Part shown: piece after piece, positions 19,840 through 29,356 of the stretch
Layout of the letters: the number at the start of each line of letters is the position of its first letter
How positions within the stretch are numbered: the stretch's first letter is position 1
Position numbers and translations under genes: made by a program
Notes under the pieces: generated by a model
What the model saw: the letters and a program-made list of their open reading frames with translations, nothing else
What the model was told of the DNA's origin: nothing
Databases searched by the model: none
Assembly (NCBI GenBank): GCA_965218425.1
Contig: OZ244621.1
Coordinates: forward strand, 2,176,001-2,240,000
Origin: an uncultured Candidatus Binatia bacterium
Lineage (GTDB): Bacteria > Desulfobacterota > Binatia > UBA9968 > CAXXLF01
Direction: 5' to 3'
DNA: 64,000 bases

Positions 19840-20845
19840 TGTTTTGCGGTCCGTATTGATCCGTTTCCATCAACCGGGCGGCGGCCAGAGCCTCGGAAGT
19901 CAAGCGTAGCGTCTCCCGGGATTCCAGAAGCCATGCTTGGAATCCTTCCGGAACGTTTTCCGTTGGTCCATGGTGAGCAATGCCCTTTGGAACCCAGGTA
20001 AGGGTTCCAGGCTCGTTGACTCTCCCCCAGGCGCCGGGTCCGGATGAATAGAAAATGACCTCGTCGTAATCGGCGTTGTAATGGATTGGCGGACGTCCGC
20101 TCGGACGGGCGCTGAGGTTGTAGAGAAGAACATTGGAATTTGGCGATGAAACAAACCGGGCCGGGGGTCCCGATTCGTTGTTGAACAGCGGCTTCAGGTT
20201 TGCCTTCCACACCGGCACCGTCCCTTCCTTTATGGTCGTAAATCCGAGAAGGTCGTGGGGTTTTTCGTAGCGGGTAATTCCGTCGTGACTCTTGATAAGT
20301 AAAACGGTCCTCTTGGGTTGTGCCGCCTGTCCATTTAGAGATGCCCGCTCCACCTTTACTTGAAACGGAGGTCGTGGGTCGATTTTAACGGCTCCCGGGC
20401 TTTCAATGATGACACTCAGAGCCGGTGTTTTTTGCGGCTGAATGAAATAAGGCACGGCACGAGGAATACAAATGAAGTCACCGGGCGCGCCGATGATCTT
20501 TCCATATCCGGTGTAAAAGTGAATTTCACCCTCCTGGATGAAATGCACCTCGTCGGCTTCCACGTTGGAAATCAAAAACGGCATGGCCGTTTCCCGCACA
20601 GAAACGCTTAGCTGGAACCCCGTAGTGGCTCTCAGAACAACCAGGGGGAGGGATTCTCTATCATAACGGTCAGGCAAAGAGAGACTTCTGACGTTGAGGC
20701 GATGGGGAGCGTGAGGCCCGGTCACCGATGTGTAGTCCGATGTATGCAGCGGGCGAGTAACCACCACACCGTCACCGTAAAATCCCTCCCGCGACCAATG
20801 CTCCGTGTTTTCGAGAGATGGCTTCTTATTGTTCCGATGGTCCAT
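19832..20845 (-). CDS. Homogentisate 1,2-dioxygenase-like cupin
   Basis: NVEADEVHFIQEG, PGDFICIPR, HYNADYDEVIFY and AHHGP fit the His-Glu-His Fe site. Shorter and more divergent than canonical HmgA. Confidence 0.7.
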   Translation of the reverse strand: MDHRNNKKPSLENTEHWSREGFYGDGVVVTRPLHTSDYTSVTGPHAPHRLNVRSLSLPDRYDRESLPLVVLRATTGFQLSVSVRETAMPFLISNVEADEVHFIQEGEIHFYTGYGKIIGAPGDFICIPRAVPYFIQPQKTPALSVIIESPGAVKIDPRPPFQVKVERASLNGQAAQPKRTVLLIKSHDGITRYEKPHDLLGFTTIKEGTVPVWKANLKPLFNNESGPPARFVSSPNSNVLLYNLSARPSGRPPIHYNADYDEVIFYSSGPGAWGRVNEPGTLTWVPKGIAHHGPTENVPEGFQAWLLESRETLRLTSEALAAARLMETDQYGPQNNE

Positions 20846-20943
20846 AAACAACCTCAGCTATTTCTAAACAGGGGGACGCCGATTCTAGCTTGCAGGTGTG
20901 GAACAATCAATAGGATGGGATGGGAGTCAAAAGAGAAAGGAGT

Positions 20944-21110
20944 CGGGGTGACGGTTGATATAATCCAGGAGGGAATTCAACTAACCCCGGTCCGTCATTC
21001 ATTGGCGCTGGGAACCATTTCTGAACTCCGTCAGTTCAGAGGCTATCACTGAGAGTGCCATGAATGAGAAATTCACCTGCGGTAAAATTCGGGAGCCGCC
21101 ATTCATTGGG
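20944..21110. other. Structured intergenic leader (nested hairpins)
   Basis: TCATTCATTGGCGCT (20995-21009) / AGTGCCATGAATGA (21054-21067) enclose TCTGAACT-CCGTC-AGTTCAGA (21020-21040). A second CATTCATTGG lies at 21100-21109. Confidence 0.45.
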
Positions 21111-21175
21111 TCGCGAACCCGTGGGATGTCCAGTCCTGACGACTTACGGCGGGGTCATTTTTTGTCGGATCGGGG

Positions 21176-22465
21176 CTAGTCCAATTGTCGTATCCCAGGA
21201 ACGGCAACCGGTAGGGCCAGTGCCATTGCCATCACCAAAAAACCGCAGATTGCCACCGCAATCGGTGCGCCGGCAAATTCGGCAATGGAACCTGCAATCA
21301 TCCCTCCCAGCGGCATCAGGCTCCAGGTGAGACCGTAAACCGCCATGACTCTTCCCCTCAGCTGATCAGGCAAGTGGAGCTGAAGAACGCTGCCAATGGT
21401 GGTCAGGTAAAGGTCGTTGGCCCAGCCCACTAGGAAGATCAGTGCCAGAGACAGGGGGTACCAGGTTGAAAAACTAAATCCCATGAGCAGCAGGCCAAAG
21501 ACAAAGGCGCCAATTAGGGTTTGGATGCCTTTTTTGCCCGAACGGGAGAGGTAGGCTACAGTCAGTGCCCCGAGAACCGATCCGGCTCCACCAGTGGCCT
21601 GAAGAAAGCCAAAACCACGGGAGCCCACTTCGAGTATGTCCCGGGCAAAGACAGGCATCAGGATGACGTAGGACATGCCGAAGATGCCGTTAAACACCGA
21701 CAGGGCAATAAGCGAGTAAAAAATCTCGTGGGTTCGAATAAAATTGAGACCCTCTAGTATTTCCCCTAAAAAGCCCCTTTTGTTTTTCCAGGGGGCTCCC
21801 GGGTTAATATGGATGGCAAACACAAGTGCCACGGTAACGAGAAACCCAACTCCGCCGACATAAAAGGTCGATCCCACCCCGTACACGTAGATGAGCATTC
21901 CAGCGATGGCGGGTCCTACCAGATGACACAGCTGCCAGACGGTGTTTGTCAACGCTACGGCGTTGACCAGATCCTCTCGGGGAATGACCTGAGGCAAGAT
22001 GGCCTGGCGTGTGGGTTGATCAATGGAGCGCACGCAGCCCGCGAGGAATGCAAACAGGATGATATGCCAAACCTTTATCAAGTTGGTGCTGATGAGGATC
22101 GCGATAACAAAATAGAAGAAGGCCATGATGACTTCGGTAGCCAGGAAGAGTCGTTTCCTATCCGCGCGGTCGGCAATGGCCCCGCCGAATAACATGAAAA
22201 GCGAGGCGGGAAGCGCATTGCTTAGGCTCACCACCCCCAGCATCAAAGGAGAATTGGTGAGCTGGAGCACCAGCCAGCTCTGCGCCACATGGTGAAGCAT
22301 TCTGGCCAGGATGGAGGAGACCAAAGCAATCCAGTAGAGCCGAAAATTGCGGTGGCGTAGAGCCATGAACATCGCCATACGCCCCGCAGGCGCACGGACC
22401 GGCGACCGCGATTTGCCCGCCGTGGTATCTGACTTTAGCGGAAGTGTTTGATCTGGGTTGTCCAT
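21176..22465 (-). CDS. MFS transporter (MFS_3/DHA3-like)
   Basis: ALRHRNFRLYW, AQSWLVLQLTNSPL, GGAIADR, PTRQA, LRGRVMAVY; about 12 hydrophobic segments. Confidence 0.9.
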   Translation of the reverse strand: MDNPDQTLPLKSDTTAGKSRSPVRAPAGRMAMFMALRHRNFRLYWIALVSSILARMLHHVAQSWLVLQLTNSPLMLGVVSLSNALPASLFMLFGGAIADRADRKRLFLATEVIMAFFYFVIAILISTNLIKVWHIILFAFLAGCVRSIDQPTRQAILPQVIPREDLVNAVALTNTVWQLCHLVGPAIAGMLIYVYGVGSTFYVGGVGFLVTVALVFAIHINPGAPWKNKRGFLGEILEGLNFIRTHEIFYSLIALSVFNGIFGMSYVILMPVFARDILEVGSRGFGFLQATGGAGSVLGALTVAYLSRSGKKGIQTLIGAFVFGLLLMGFSFSTWYPLSLALIFLVGWANDLYLTTIGSVLQLHLPDQLRGRVMAVYGLTWSLMPLGGMIAGSIAEFAGAPIAVAICGFLVMAMALALPVAVPGIRQLD

Positions 22466-22793
22466 GAGGGTGTCTCAGGGTTCGAGGGACTCTAGCACTG
22501 GACCTGGAACTTCGTCTGCCGTCTCCCGCAAACCCTTCTCCTGATGCCTCGCGGTGTCCTTACCGATCTTAGGAAAAGAACAGGATCACTGGAACCATGA
22601 CCGATGCACTCAAATTGAAATCCTGTGTCTTTTACAAGATGCCATAGAGAAACGCTGGCTGGTCCCGCTAGATGATACGCGGTGCAACGAAGAGTTCCCC
22701 GACTATCCACTGAACCGAAGCCGTTTGTTTAGAGCGTACGATCAGGAGGAGCACCGTTCCTTCGAAACGCTACAGTCTAAATGATGGAATGTC

Positions 22794-24467
22794 TTAAAGA
22801 CCCCGGCGTCCCCCGAACACTCGCTCGGGAGTGATTTGCTGCTGGTGCTGCCGCATCATCTCCCCCACCTTTAACCACTCTCCTTTCGCCATCAGCTCGG
22901 CGGCTTTCTTGTATTCTTCGGACCAGTAACCCAGCTCGTAGCCGTACCATGGCCACTTGAGCTTGGGTTCCGGGAGGCCCTGCGCCCTCCACAGTTCCAT
23001 AGCCCGCTCCATGTACTCTTTTTGCGGCAAAGCCACGGGGGGAAACGGGAACTTCCGCGTCGCGTTAATCAAAATACGCGAGCATACCTGCGCGTCTTCC
23101 GGCTTGCGCGGATCGATAGCCCAATGATCATACCCGGGAAGCGGCTTCAGGGGCTGCGAGGTTGGGATGTGGTGCATATTCCAGTCCCGGTCGGAGAAGG
23201 TCATGTCCTCCTTTGGCCGACAAGCGAAACTCAGGGCCCAGAAGATATTCTCGGGGTCATGAATATCCAGGTCGTGGTCAACGACAATATAGATCCGTGC
23301 CGGGCGCAAGAATGAATCAGTTGCATGGTGCAGGATTCGATCCACGGTCTCCTGCGACGTAGCTTCTTCTACTTGGATAACAGCAATTTGTGATTCCCCG
23401 GTGGCGGGCGGAAAGCTCACCGTTTTCACCGGCAGGTGCAGCCGGTACTTCAGGTAGTAATGCATCAACGCATTGTGGATCATGATGGAGACCTGGTCGC
23501 AATCGCTGGGCCATAGGCCCACCAGGACGTCCGTGAACATGGCGTTCTTCCTGTGGGTAATCGCAGTAACGTTCATCACCATACAGCTCCCCCCCTCGGA
23601 TTGCATATAACCGGCGTATTCTCCAAAGGGGAGGCGTGGCTCCACTACATCGGTGCTGATGTATCCTTCCACCACAATCTCGGCGTTGGCGGGCACTTCC
23701 AGGGGAACTGTTTTGCACCGTACCAGCTCAATGGGCCGGCCCTCGATCCCGCCTGCGAAGGAGTATTCGTTGAGCTCTGGGGGGTTGTTGTAGGGGAGGT
23801 CGGTGGATGAGGCAACCATCATTGAGGGATTGCATCCAATAATGTAAGCACAGGGGAGCCCCAGTTTGTCTCCCTTCTGAGCGATCTTCATCCAATGCTC
23901 GTTGAAGAAAACCCGGTGCCGGCCTGCGCCGATAACGATGCGATCACGGGCGTGCAGGAAACCGTTGTAACTGCCAAAGTTAAGGACGCCGGATTGTGGG
24001 TCCTTGCTCAAAAACGGCATGCCAAAACGTATGACACCGCTGAACCCCACCTCTTGAACGGGAACGGGGATTTCCGCCAGGCCTTTCTGTTGGAGTTCCG
24101 CACCGGTATGTATCTCTTGGTGCACGGGCCCGTCATCGATAACAACGGGTTGAATCGGGTGATCGTAGGCGTGGCACAACCGTTCGATTGCCTCGTCATA
24201 AGTCTCACAGCCCATGGCGTAGGTCATCAGGCGGTCGGAGGCGGAGTAGGCGCCGGACAGCACTTGCATGTCATAGGTCCGTCCGTTGGAATCTATGGGT
24301 TTTTCGAACAGGATCAGCTTTCGCTCCTCATCGGGCAGTCCCCGCTGCTGAATGCGTACAAAAGGTACCAACTCGGTATTCTTATTAATAGGTTCCTTGT
24401 AACGGAAAAGAAGACCGCGTTCATTCATCCGTTGCACGAACTCCCTGAGATCTTTGTAATATTCCAT
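22794..24467 (-). CDS. UbiD-family (prFMN-dependent) decarboxylase, atypical active site
   Basis: YKDLREF, KDP...NFGSY, VRCKTVPLEVPANAEIVVEG, PFGEYAGY, TAITHR, IVVDHDLDI, INATRK. Confidence 0.85.
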   Translation of the reverse strand: MEYYKDLREFVQRMNERGLLFRYKEPINKNTELVPFVRIQQRGLPDEERKLILFEKPIDSNGRTYDMQVLSGAYSASDRLMTYAMGCETYDEAIERLCHAYDHPIQPVVIDDGPVHQEIHTGAELQQKGLAEIPVPVQEVGFSGVIRFGMPFLSKDPQSGVLNFGSYNGFLHARDRIVIGAGRHRVFFNEHWMKIAQKGDKLGLPCAYIIGCNPSMMVASSTDLPYNNPPELNEYSFAGGIEGRPIELVRCKTVPLEVPANAEIVVEGYISTDVVEPRLPFGEYAGYMQSEGGSCMVMNVTAITHRKNAMFTDVLVGLWPSDCDQVSIMIHNALMHYYLKYRLHLPVKTVSFPPATGESQIAVIQVEEATSQETVDRILHHATDSFLRPARIYIVVDHDLDIHDPENIFWALSFACRPKEDMTFSDRDWNMHHIPTSQPLKPLPGYDHWAIDPRKPEDAQVCSRILINATRKFPFPPVALPQKEYMERAMELWRAQGLPEPKLKWPWYGYELGYWSEEYKKAAELMAKGEWLKVGEMMRQHQQQITPERVFGGRRGL

Positions 24468-24692
24468 GTTTTTTCCCTCCAAGCCCTGGCCGGCCGTGAA
24501 TGGTCGGAACCTAGAGTGTTTATAGCTTTATGTCAAGCATCCTATGGCATCACGGTAGTGTTAATGTTTCATCTCGTCCGGCTGTTACACGGGTTTGTCT
24601 CAACCTGTGCAGGTTGAAAACGGTTATCAGCGGGTGGATTGAGTGACCTTTCTGAAAACTGAAACTTGAGTGGCCTGCACCCCTTTTTGTCC

Positions 24693-25517
24693 TCATCTAT
24701 AAGTTAGTGGTGTTTCGTTGTGGTCCGCTCCGGACCGGGTTGCAAACTCCATCGGTGTGAGTCCGTTAAGGCTCGTGTGTGGTCTTCTGGCGTTGTAGTC
24801 GACCCTCCAGTCTTCGATGATCTCTCGCGCATGGCGGTAGCTGATGAATATGTGCTCGTTCAGGCATTCATCACGCACACGCCCGATGAAGCTCTCCACC
24901 AACCCGTTCTGCATGGGCTTGCCCGGAGCGATGTCGTGCCACTCTACCCGGCGACCCTGCTGCCATCGCAGCATCGCATTCGACGTGAACTCGGTGCCGT
25001 TATCGGACACCACTAGGAGGGGATCACCGCGCCGTTGAGCGATGTGGTCCAGTTCTCGGGCAACCCGCTCTGCGGTGATGGAGTTGTCTACGATGGTGGC
25101 CAGGCACTCCCGTGTGAAGTCGTCGATCACGCAGAGCACACGGAAACGCCGGCTGTCGACCAAGGCGTCGGATGCGAAGTCCACCGACCAGCGCTGATTG
25201 GCCCCTTGCGGGATCGTCATCGGCGCCCGGCTCCCAAGCGCCCGCTTGCGACCGCCCCGTTTGCGCACCGCCAACTTCTCCTCCTTGTAGAGCTGGTAGA
25301 GCTTCTTGCGATTCACCACCATGCCTTCCCGCGCCAGCAACAGGTGCAGGCGCCGATACCCGAAACGACGGCGTTCCGCCGCCAGCTCCCGCAGCTTCTG
25401 CCGTAACTCCCCGTCATCCGGTCTCATCGACCGATAACGGTAGACCCGCGGCTCGATGCCCAACAGACCACAAGCCCGCCGCTGCGAGTCACCCTTTTCC
25501 TTCATCGCCCAGTCCAC
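24693..25517 (-). CDS. IS407-group transposase OrfB
   Basis: [45 protein letters not shown]. Confidence 0.92.
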   Translation of the reverse strand: MDWAMKEKGDSQRRACGLLGIEPRVYRYRSMRPDDGELRQKLRELAAERRRFGYRRLHLLLAREGMVVNRKKLYQLYKEEKLAVRKRGGRKRALGSRAPMTIPQGANQRWSVDFASDALVDSRRFRVLCVIDDFTRECLATIVDNSITAERVARELDHIAQRRGDPLLVVSDNGTEFTSNAMLRWQQGRRVEWHDIAPGKPMQNGLVESFIGRVRDECLNEHIFISYRHAREIIEDWRVDYNARRPHTSLNGLTPMEFATRSGADHNETPLTYR

Positions 25518-25540
25518 GGCTTCTCTCCTGGACCTGGGCG

Positions 25541-25807
25541 TCAGAAGTCTTTTCCCACCATCTCCTTGAGCGTCGATACGTCCAGCATCGCGTCCGCCAA
25601 AAGACGCTTCAGCTTGGCGTTCTCCGTCTCCAGGCTCCGAAGCCGTTTCGCCTCAGACACCTCCAGCCCGCTATACTTCGAGCGCCACTTGTACAACGTC
25701 GCGTCACTGACGCCGTGCTTGCGACACAGCTCCGTCGCCCCCAGCCCCGCCTGGTGCTCCTTCAGAATCCCGACGATCTGTGTTTCGCTGAACCTGCTCT
25801 TGCGCAT
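25541..25807 (-). CDS. IS407-group transposase OrfA
   Basis: [49 protein letters not shown]; candidate slippery G-GGA-AAA before the stop. Confidence 0.92.
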   Translation of the reverse strand: MRKSRFSETQIVGILKEHQAGLGATELCRKHGVSDATLYKWRSKYSGLEVSEAKRLRSLETENAKLKRLLADAMLDVSTLKEMVGKDF

Positions 25808-26114
25808 GCGTGCCCCTCCTCTTCGGTCAAAGACTAACCTCTAGGTGAGGACAATCAAGGGGAGCAGGTCAACCGCCCTATACGATTTTCGTTAGGAAAC
25901 CACCTCAGTCATTGGGGGCAAATCTTACCAACTAAGCATTTTGGAGGGGGACCGACCTACGGTATGCGTGAAGCCTCAATCCCCAATTGCAAGTGAGCAC
26001 TATGGTGGAACACTAAAGAATCAGTCAAAGTTAATCTTGCGGGGACCGTGCGGTCTGGGCAATGGAGAAGTGTTATTTCTCTCCCTCGGCATATCCATGA
26101 AGTTTGATATCTAT

Positions 26115-27290
26115 CTATTCCTCCAACTTCGAGTAGTAGTCCCTTAAGATGGTGAGCACTTCAGGTCGACTAAAGTGATCTGGAATCTCCTCGTCTCCGG
26201 ACAACATTTTTCTTAACATGGTTCCACTCAATAGGAGTCGATTGTCATTACTGTGGGGACAGGTCCTCATGGAGGCGATTCCGTCACATTTGTGACAGTA
26301 GAAGGTCCAGTCGATTTTGAGGGGTTGTATTTCCAGTGATCCTTCTGGGATCTCATCAAATATACGATGGGCATCGAAAGGACCATAGTAGTCCCCGACC
26401 CCCGCATGGTCCCGACCTACAATGAGATGGCTACAGCCGTAGTTCTGTCGGAACACGGCATGGAGCAGTGCCTCACGGGGACCACCATACCGCATTTCCA
26501 TCGGATAACCGGCTTGGATACAGGTGTCTTTAACAAAATAGTTCTCTACCAATGCGTTGACGGCTCTCACTCTTACCTCGGCAGGGATATCCCCAGCCTT
26601 GAGCTTTCCTACTAACTGGTGGATCAATAGACCGTCGCAAATCTCTATGGCGATCTTTGCCAAATATTCATGAGAGCGGTGCATTGGATTCCTAAGTTGC
26701 AGCGCAGCAACAGTGCTCCAACTCTTCTTCTCAAAAATTTCCCTAGTCTCGTTAGGACGCAGATACACATTTCTAAATAGCTCAGGGTAATAGCTCTCGC
26801 TGAACACTTTCACTCGACCGGCCAAGTTGACTTCACCTTGAGCCATGACTTTGACTACGCCGGGATGTTCCGTATCGGTGGTTTTGAAGACCTGCTTACA
26901 CTCGTAAGTCTTATCGATTGTGTATTTCTCATCTACGATCATGCTCCCCATGAGTTCGCTGGTCTCTTCGTCAACCAAACCAATTTCTTGCCTCACTTTC
27001 AGTCTCCCGGCCTGCTCCTTTGAGGTTGACAGCGTTATGGGAATTGGCCAAAAAACACCACCCATTGTCATATAGGCATCACAGACCCCTTTCCAGTCCT
27101 CCTTTCCCATGAATCCCTCAAGAGGTGTAAAGGCTCCAATGCCTAACATAATAAGGTCGGATGTCTCCCGAGATGTCATCGCAACTTGCGGCAAACTCTT
27201 GACCATTTGCTTCGTTTCTTTGAGTTCGTCCCCCGTAAGCAAGAGTTGCTTTAATCTCTTTTCTTTTCCGTGTGCGTTTACTAAGCTCAT
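26115..27290 (-). CDS. sat: Sulfate adenylyltransferase (homo-oligomeric Sat type)
   Basis: [53 protein letters not shown], Zn motif CxxC...CPH, LSGTMLR. Confidence 0.95.
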   Translation of the reverse strand: MSLVNAHGKEKRLKQLLLTGDELKETKQMVKSLPQVAMTSRETSDLIMLGIGAFTPLEGFMGKEDWKGVCDAYMTMGGVFWPIPITLSTSKEQAGRLKVRQEIGLVDEETSELMGSMIVDEKYTIDKTYECKQVFKTTDTEHPGVVKVMAQGEVNLAGRVKVFSESYYPELFRNVYLRPNETREIFEKKSWSTVAALQLRNPMHRSHEYLAKIAIEICDGLLIHQLVGKLKAGDIPAEVRVRAVNALVENYFVKDTCIQAGYPMEMRYGGPREALLHAVFRQNYGCSHLIVGRDHAGVGDYYGPFDAHRIFDEIPEGSLEIQPLKIDWTFYCHKCDGIASMRTCPHSNDNRLLLSGTMLRKMLSGDEEIPDHFSRPEVLTILRDYYSKLEE

Positions 27291-27345
27291 CTGTTTTATT
27301 TGTGATGTCTGTTTAAAGTGTTAGCTATATAAATTGATATCTTAA

Positions 27346-28191
27346 TTACATGTAACCTAACTTCCGCAACCTTTCCATAGCTTTTTCTTTATCCTGACGT
27401 CTTCCAGCGCGCTCCTCGGTGTTTTCTAGATCCTGTTCCCAGGCCGGAACGCCTTTGACCGAGATCTGGCTGCTGGTCTTTGCCCCCAGCGATCGATAAC
27501 CCTGCTCGTAGAGATTATTGTGCGGATTGTTGAAGGCCGCATAAGTATCCCACAAGTCCTTCTCGGTAAAATGCAGGATGGGACGAATTCGGGTATGTTC
27601 CGGCATCAAATCACCACCTGGGGAGAGCTCGAAGTAGGGATCATCGAACCTGGCGGGATGCTCATCCCATCTGAGCCCCTGAAAGACCGCTTTGATGTTG
27701 TGGCGCTCGAGCCACTGGTTAAAAACAACGGTCTTCATCAAATGGTTGCCACAATAGGATTCGGCCTCAAAGGGAAACTCTTCCTCTTTAAACTCGATAC
27801 GTTCAAGTTCTGCCTGGTTGCGCTTGTCCAAGTCCTTCACCTTTACAGTAGCACCTAAGGTATAATTGGCAGCCGTAAGCACATTCTCATTACGGCACAC
27901 CTCAAGGGGAACCTCCCATTCCTTTCTATATTTCTCAACAAACTCTTCAATTTCCTCAAATTCGTCTCCTTCGCCAATGATCATCGTAGCAGGAATAGAG
28001 ATCCCCTTTTCCTCACAGACCTGCCGGATAATCCAGAGGGTTAAACCACTGTCTTTCCCACCGGTCCAGGTGATCCCGAGTTCCTCCTGTTTAAACTTAT
28101 CAAACGCCTCTCTAATAACCGCTTTGGATAACTCAATCAGCTTGCCGCACTGTCTTTTCCTCTTCGCACTAATGGTTTTGTTAATTGGCAT
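27346..28191 (-). CDS. PAPS-reductase/CysD-superfamily PP-loop protein lacking the C-terminal redox Cys
   Basis: WTGGKDS PP-loop, GLRWDE, RIRPILHF, LYEQGYRSLG, tail ERAGRRQDKEKAMERLRKLGYM; SD AAGGAGG before ATG 28191. Confidence 0.8.
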   Translation of the reverse strand: MPINKTISAKRKRQCGKLIELSKAVIREAFDKFKQEELGITWTGGKDSGLTLWIIRQVCEEKGISIPATMIIGEGDEFEEIEEFVEKYRKEWEVPLEVCRNENVLTAANYTLGATVKVKDLDKRNQAELERIEFKEEEFPFEAESYCGNHLMKTVVFNQWLERHNIKAVFQGLRWDEHPARFDDPYFELSPGGDLMPEHTRIRPILHFTEKDLWDTYAAFNNPHNNLYEQGYRSLGAKTSSQISVKGVPAWEQDLENTEERAGRRQDKEKAMERLRKLGYM

Positions 28192-28280
28192 TCTAATCCT
28201 CCTTAAATCTATAATTAAAACAACTGACCTCACGGTCTCCAGGGACAATTATTATAAATCAGTGGTAAATGGTAGTGGAT

Positions 28281-28362
28281 CAGGCCTGAGACACATTTCC
28301 CATCTACTTGGACAGCTCCAACACCCTACCCTCGCCTTAATGATCTTCTGCTCCGCTGGCAT
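28281..28362 (-). pseudogene. N-terminal remnant of an IS481-family transposase
   Basis: Reads MPAEQKIIKARVG-(shift)-LELSK*MGNVSQA, resembling the 'KIIKxKxGLLELAxQLGNVSQAC' start of IS481 transposases (from memory). Confidence 0.6.
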
Positions 28363-28543
28363 CTTTCCCCTCGTTCCTTTTTGTAATCAGCGAGTTCTAC
28401 TTTATTGTCAGTTTCATGACACTTATTTTGCAAAACTCTTAAAAAAAAGCCTTCGGAATCAATACCAAACACGCTACCTCATTTGCAAAAATCGGTCAAA
28501 CTAATCTTAGCACTACACTGATATAGCTGAGTTGCACAACAAT

Positions 28544-29212
28544 TTAGACGGCACCTCTCCAGTCACTGGTTGGGCCGCTAAATAACGTATCCAACGCCGC
28601 CACCTCCTCTACAACAACAGATGCTCCGGCACCCTCAAGCTCCTCGCGGCTACCGAAACCCCAGAGAACGCCGATTCCGTCTAGTCCATTACTTCTGGCA
28701 CCCACAATATCCTGTGCACGATCACCAACCATAACTGTACCGCAGGCGCCGATTTGCTCCCGTTCAAGGAGAAATTTAATTAGCTCTTTCTTTTCCGACC
28801 GACCACCGTCCAACTGCGCTCCGTAGACTCCATCAAAATATTCGCTCAAGCCAAAATGTTCTAAAACTCGTTCGGCATATACGCCTAGCTTAGTTGTTGC
28901 CACCCACAATCGGTAACTCTTTCTACGCAAAGTTATTAAAACATCGGGAATACCCTCGTATACCTGGTTCTCGAACATCCCATGCGCAGAGTAACGCTCC
29001 CGAAATTTTCCAACAGCTTCCTCAATAAGTCCCGGTGTCACGTCACCAAGGAGGCATCGGAATGTTTCTCGTAACGGCGGACCTATGAATTCCTCCAACC
29101 GACTTGCAGGCGGGGACTTATAGTCCAACGCTCTTACAGCGTAATCAATAGAACCCAGGATTCCGTCCCGCGGGTCGCTAAGAGTGCCGTCTAAGTCAAA
29201 GAGGATGTTCAT
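28544..29212 (-). CDS. HAD-family hydrolase (phosphoglycolate phosphatase/5'-nucleotidase-like)
   Basis: LFDLDGTL, FIGPPL, VATTK, MVGDR..DIVGA, LWGFG. Confidence 0.9.
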   Translation of the reverse strand: MNILFDLDGTLSDPRDGILGSIDYAVRALDYKSPPASRLEEFIGPPLRETFRCLLGDVTPGLIEEAVGKFRERYSAHGMFENQVYEGIPDVLITLRRKSYRLWVATTKLGVYAERVLEHFGLSEYFDGVYGAQLDGGRSEKKELIKFLLEREQIGACGTVMVGDRAQDIVGARSNGLDGIGVLWGFGSREELEGAGASVVVEEVAALDTLFSGPTSDWRGAV

Positions 29213-29356
29213 ACAACGGAGGGAATCCTGCTACCAACTATTGAATATACCAAAGGCCAATCCATGGCATGTTTCATGTTGCCAATAAGTCTCATTAGAG
29301 AATACATTTAAATTCTACCAGTGGGTATGACCTGCACCCCTTAAGGGAAGAGGCAA

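Larger units (their letters stand above)
24671..25871 (-). mobile_element. IS3-family (IS407 group) insertion sequence without target duplication
   Basis: Left end TGGCCTGCACCCCTTTTTGTCCTCA (from 24671) matches the reverse complement of the right end, TGACCTGCTCCCCTTGATTGTCCTCA (to 25871). Flanks TGAG and ACCG differ. Confidence 0.92.

Noticed and set aside
22554..22784. 76-aa plus-strand ORF between the MFS and UbiD genes
   Set aside because: No recognisable motif or RBS; may be a fragment but cannot be supported.
26115..27290. Evidence for dissimilatory sulfate reduction
   Set aside because: No aprAB, qmo or dsr genes are in the window; Sat alone is not diagnostic.
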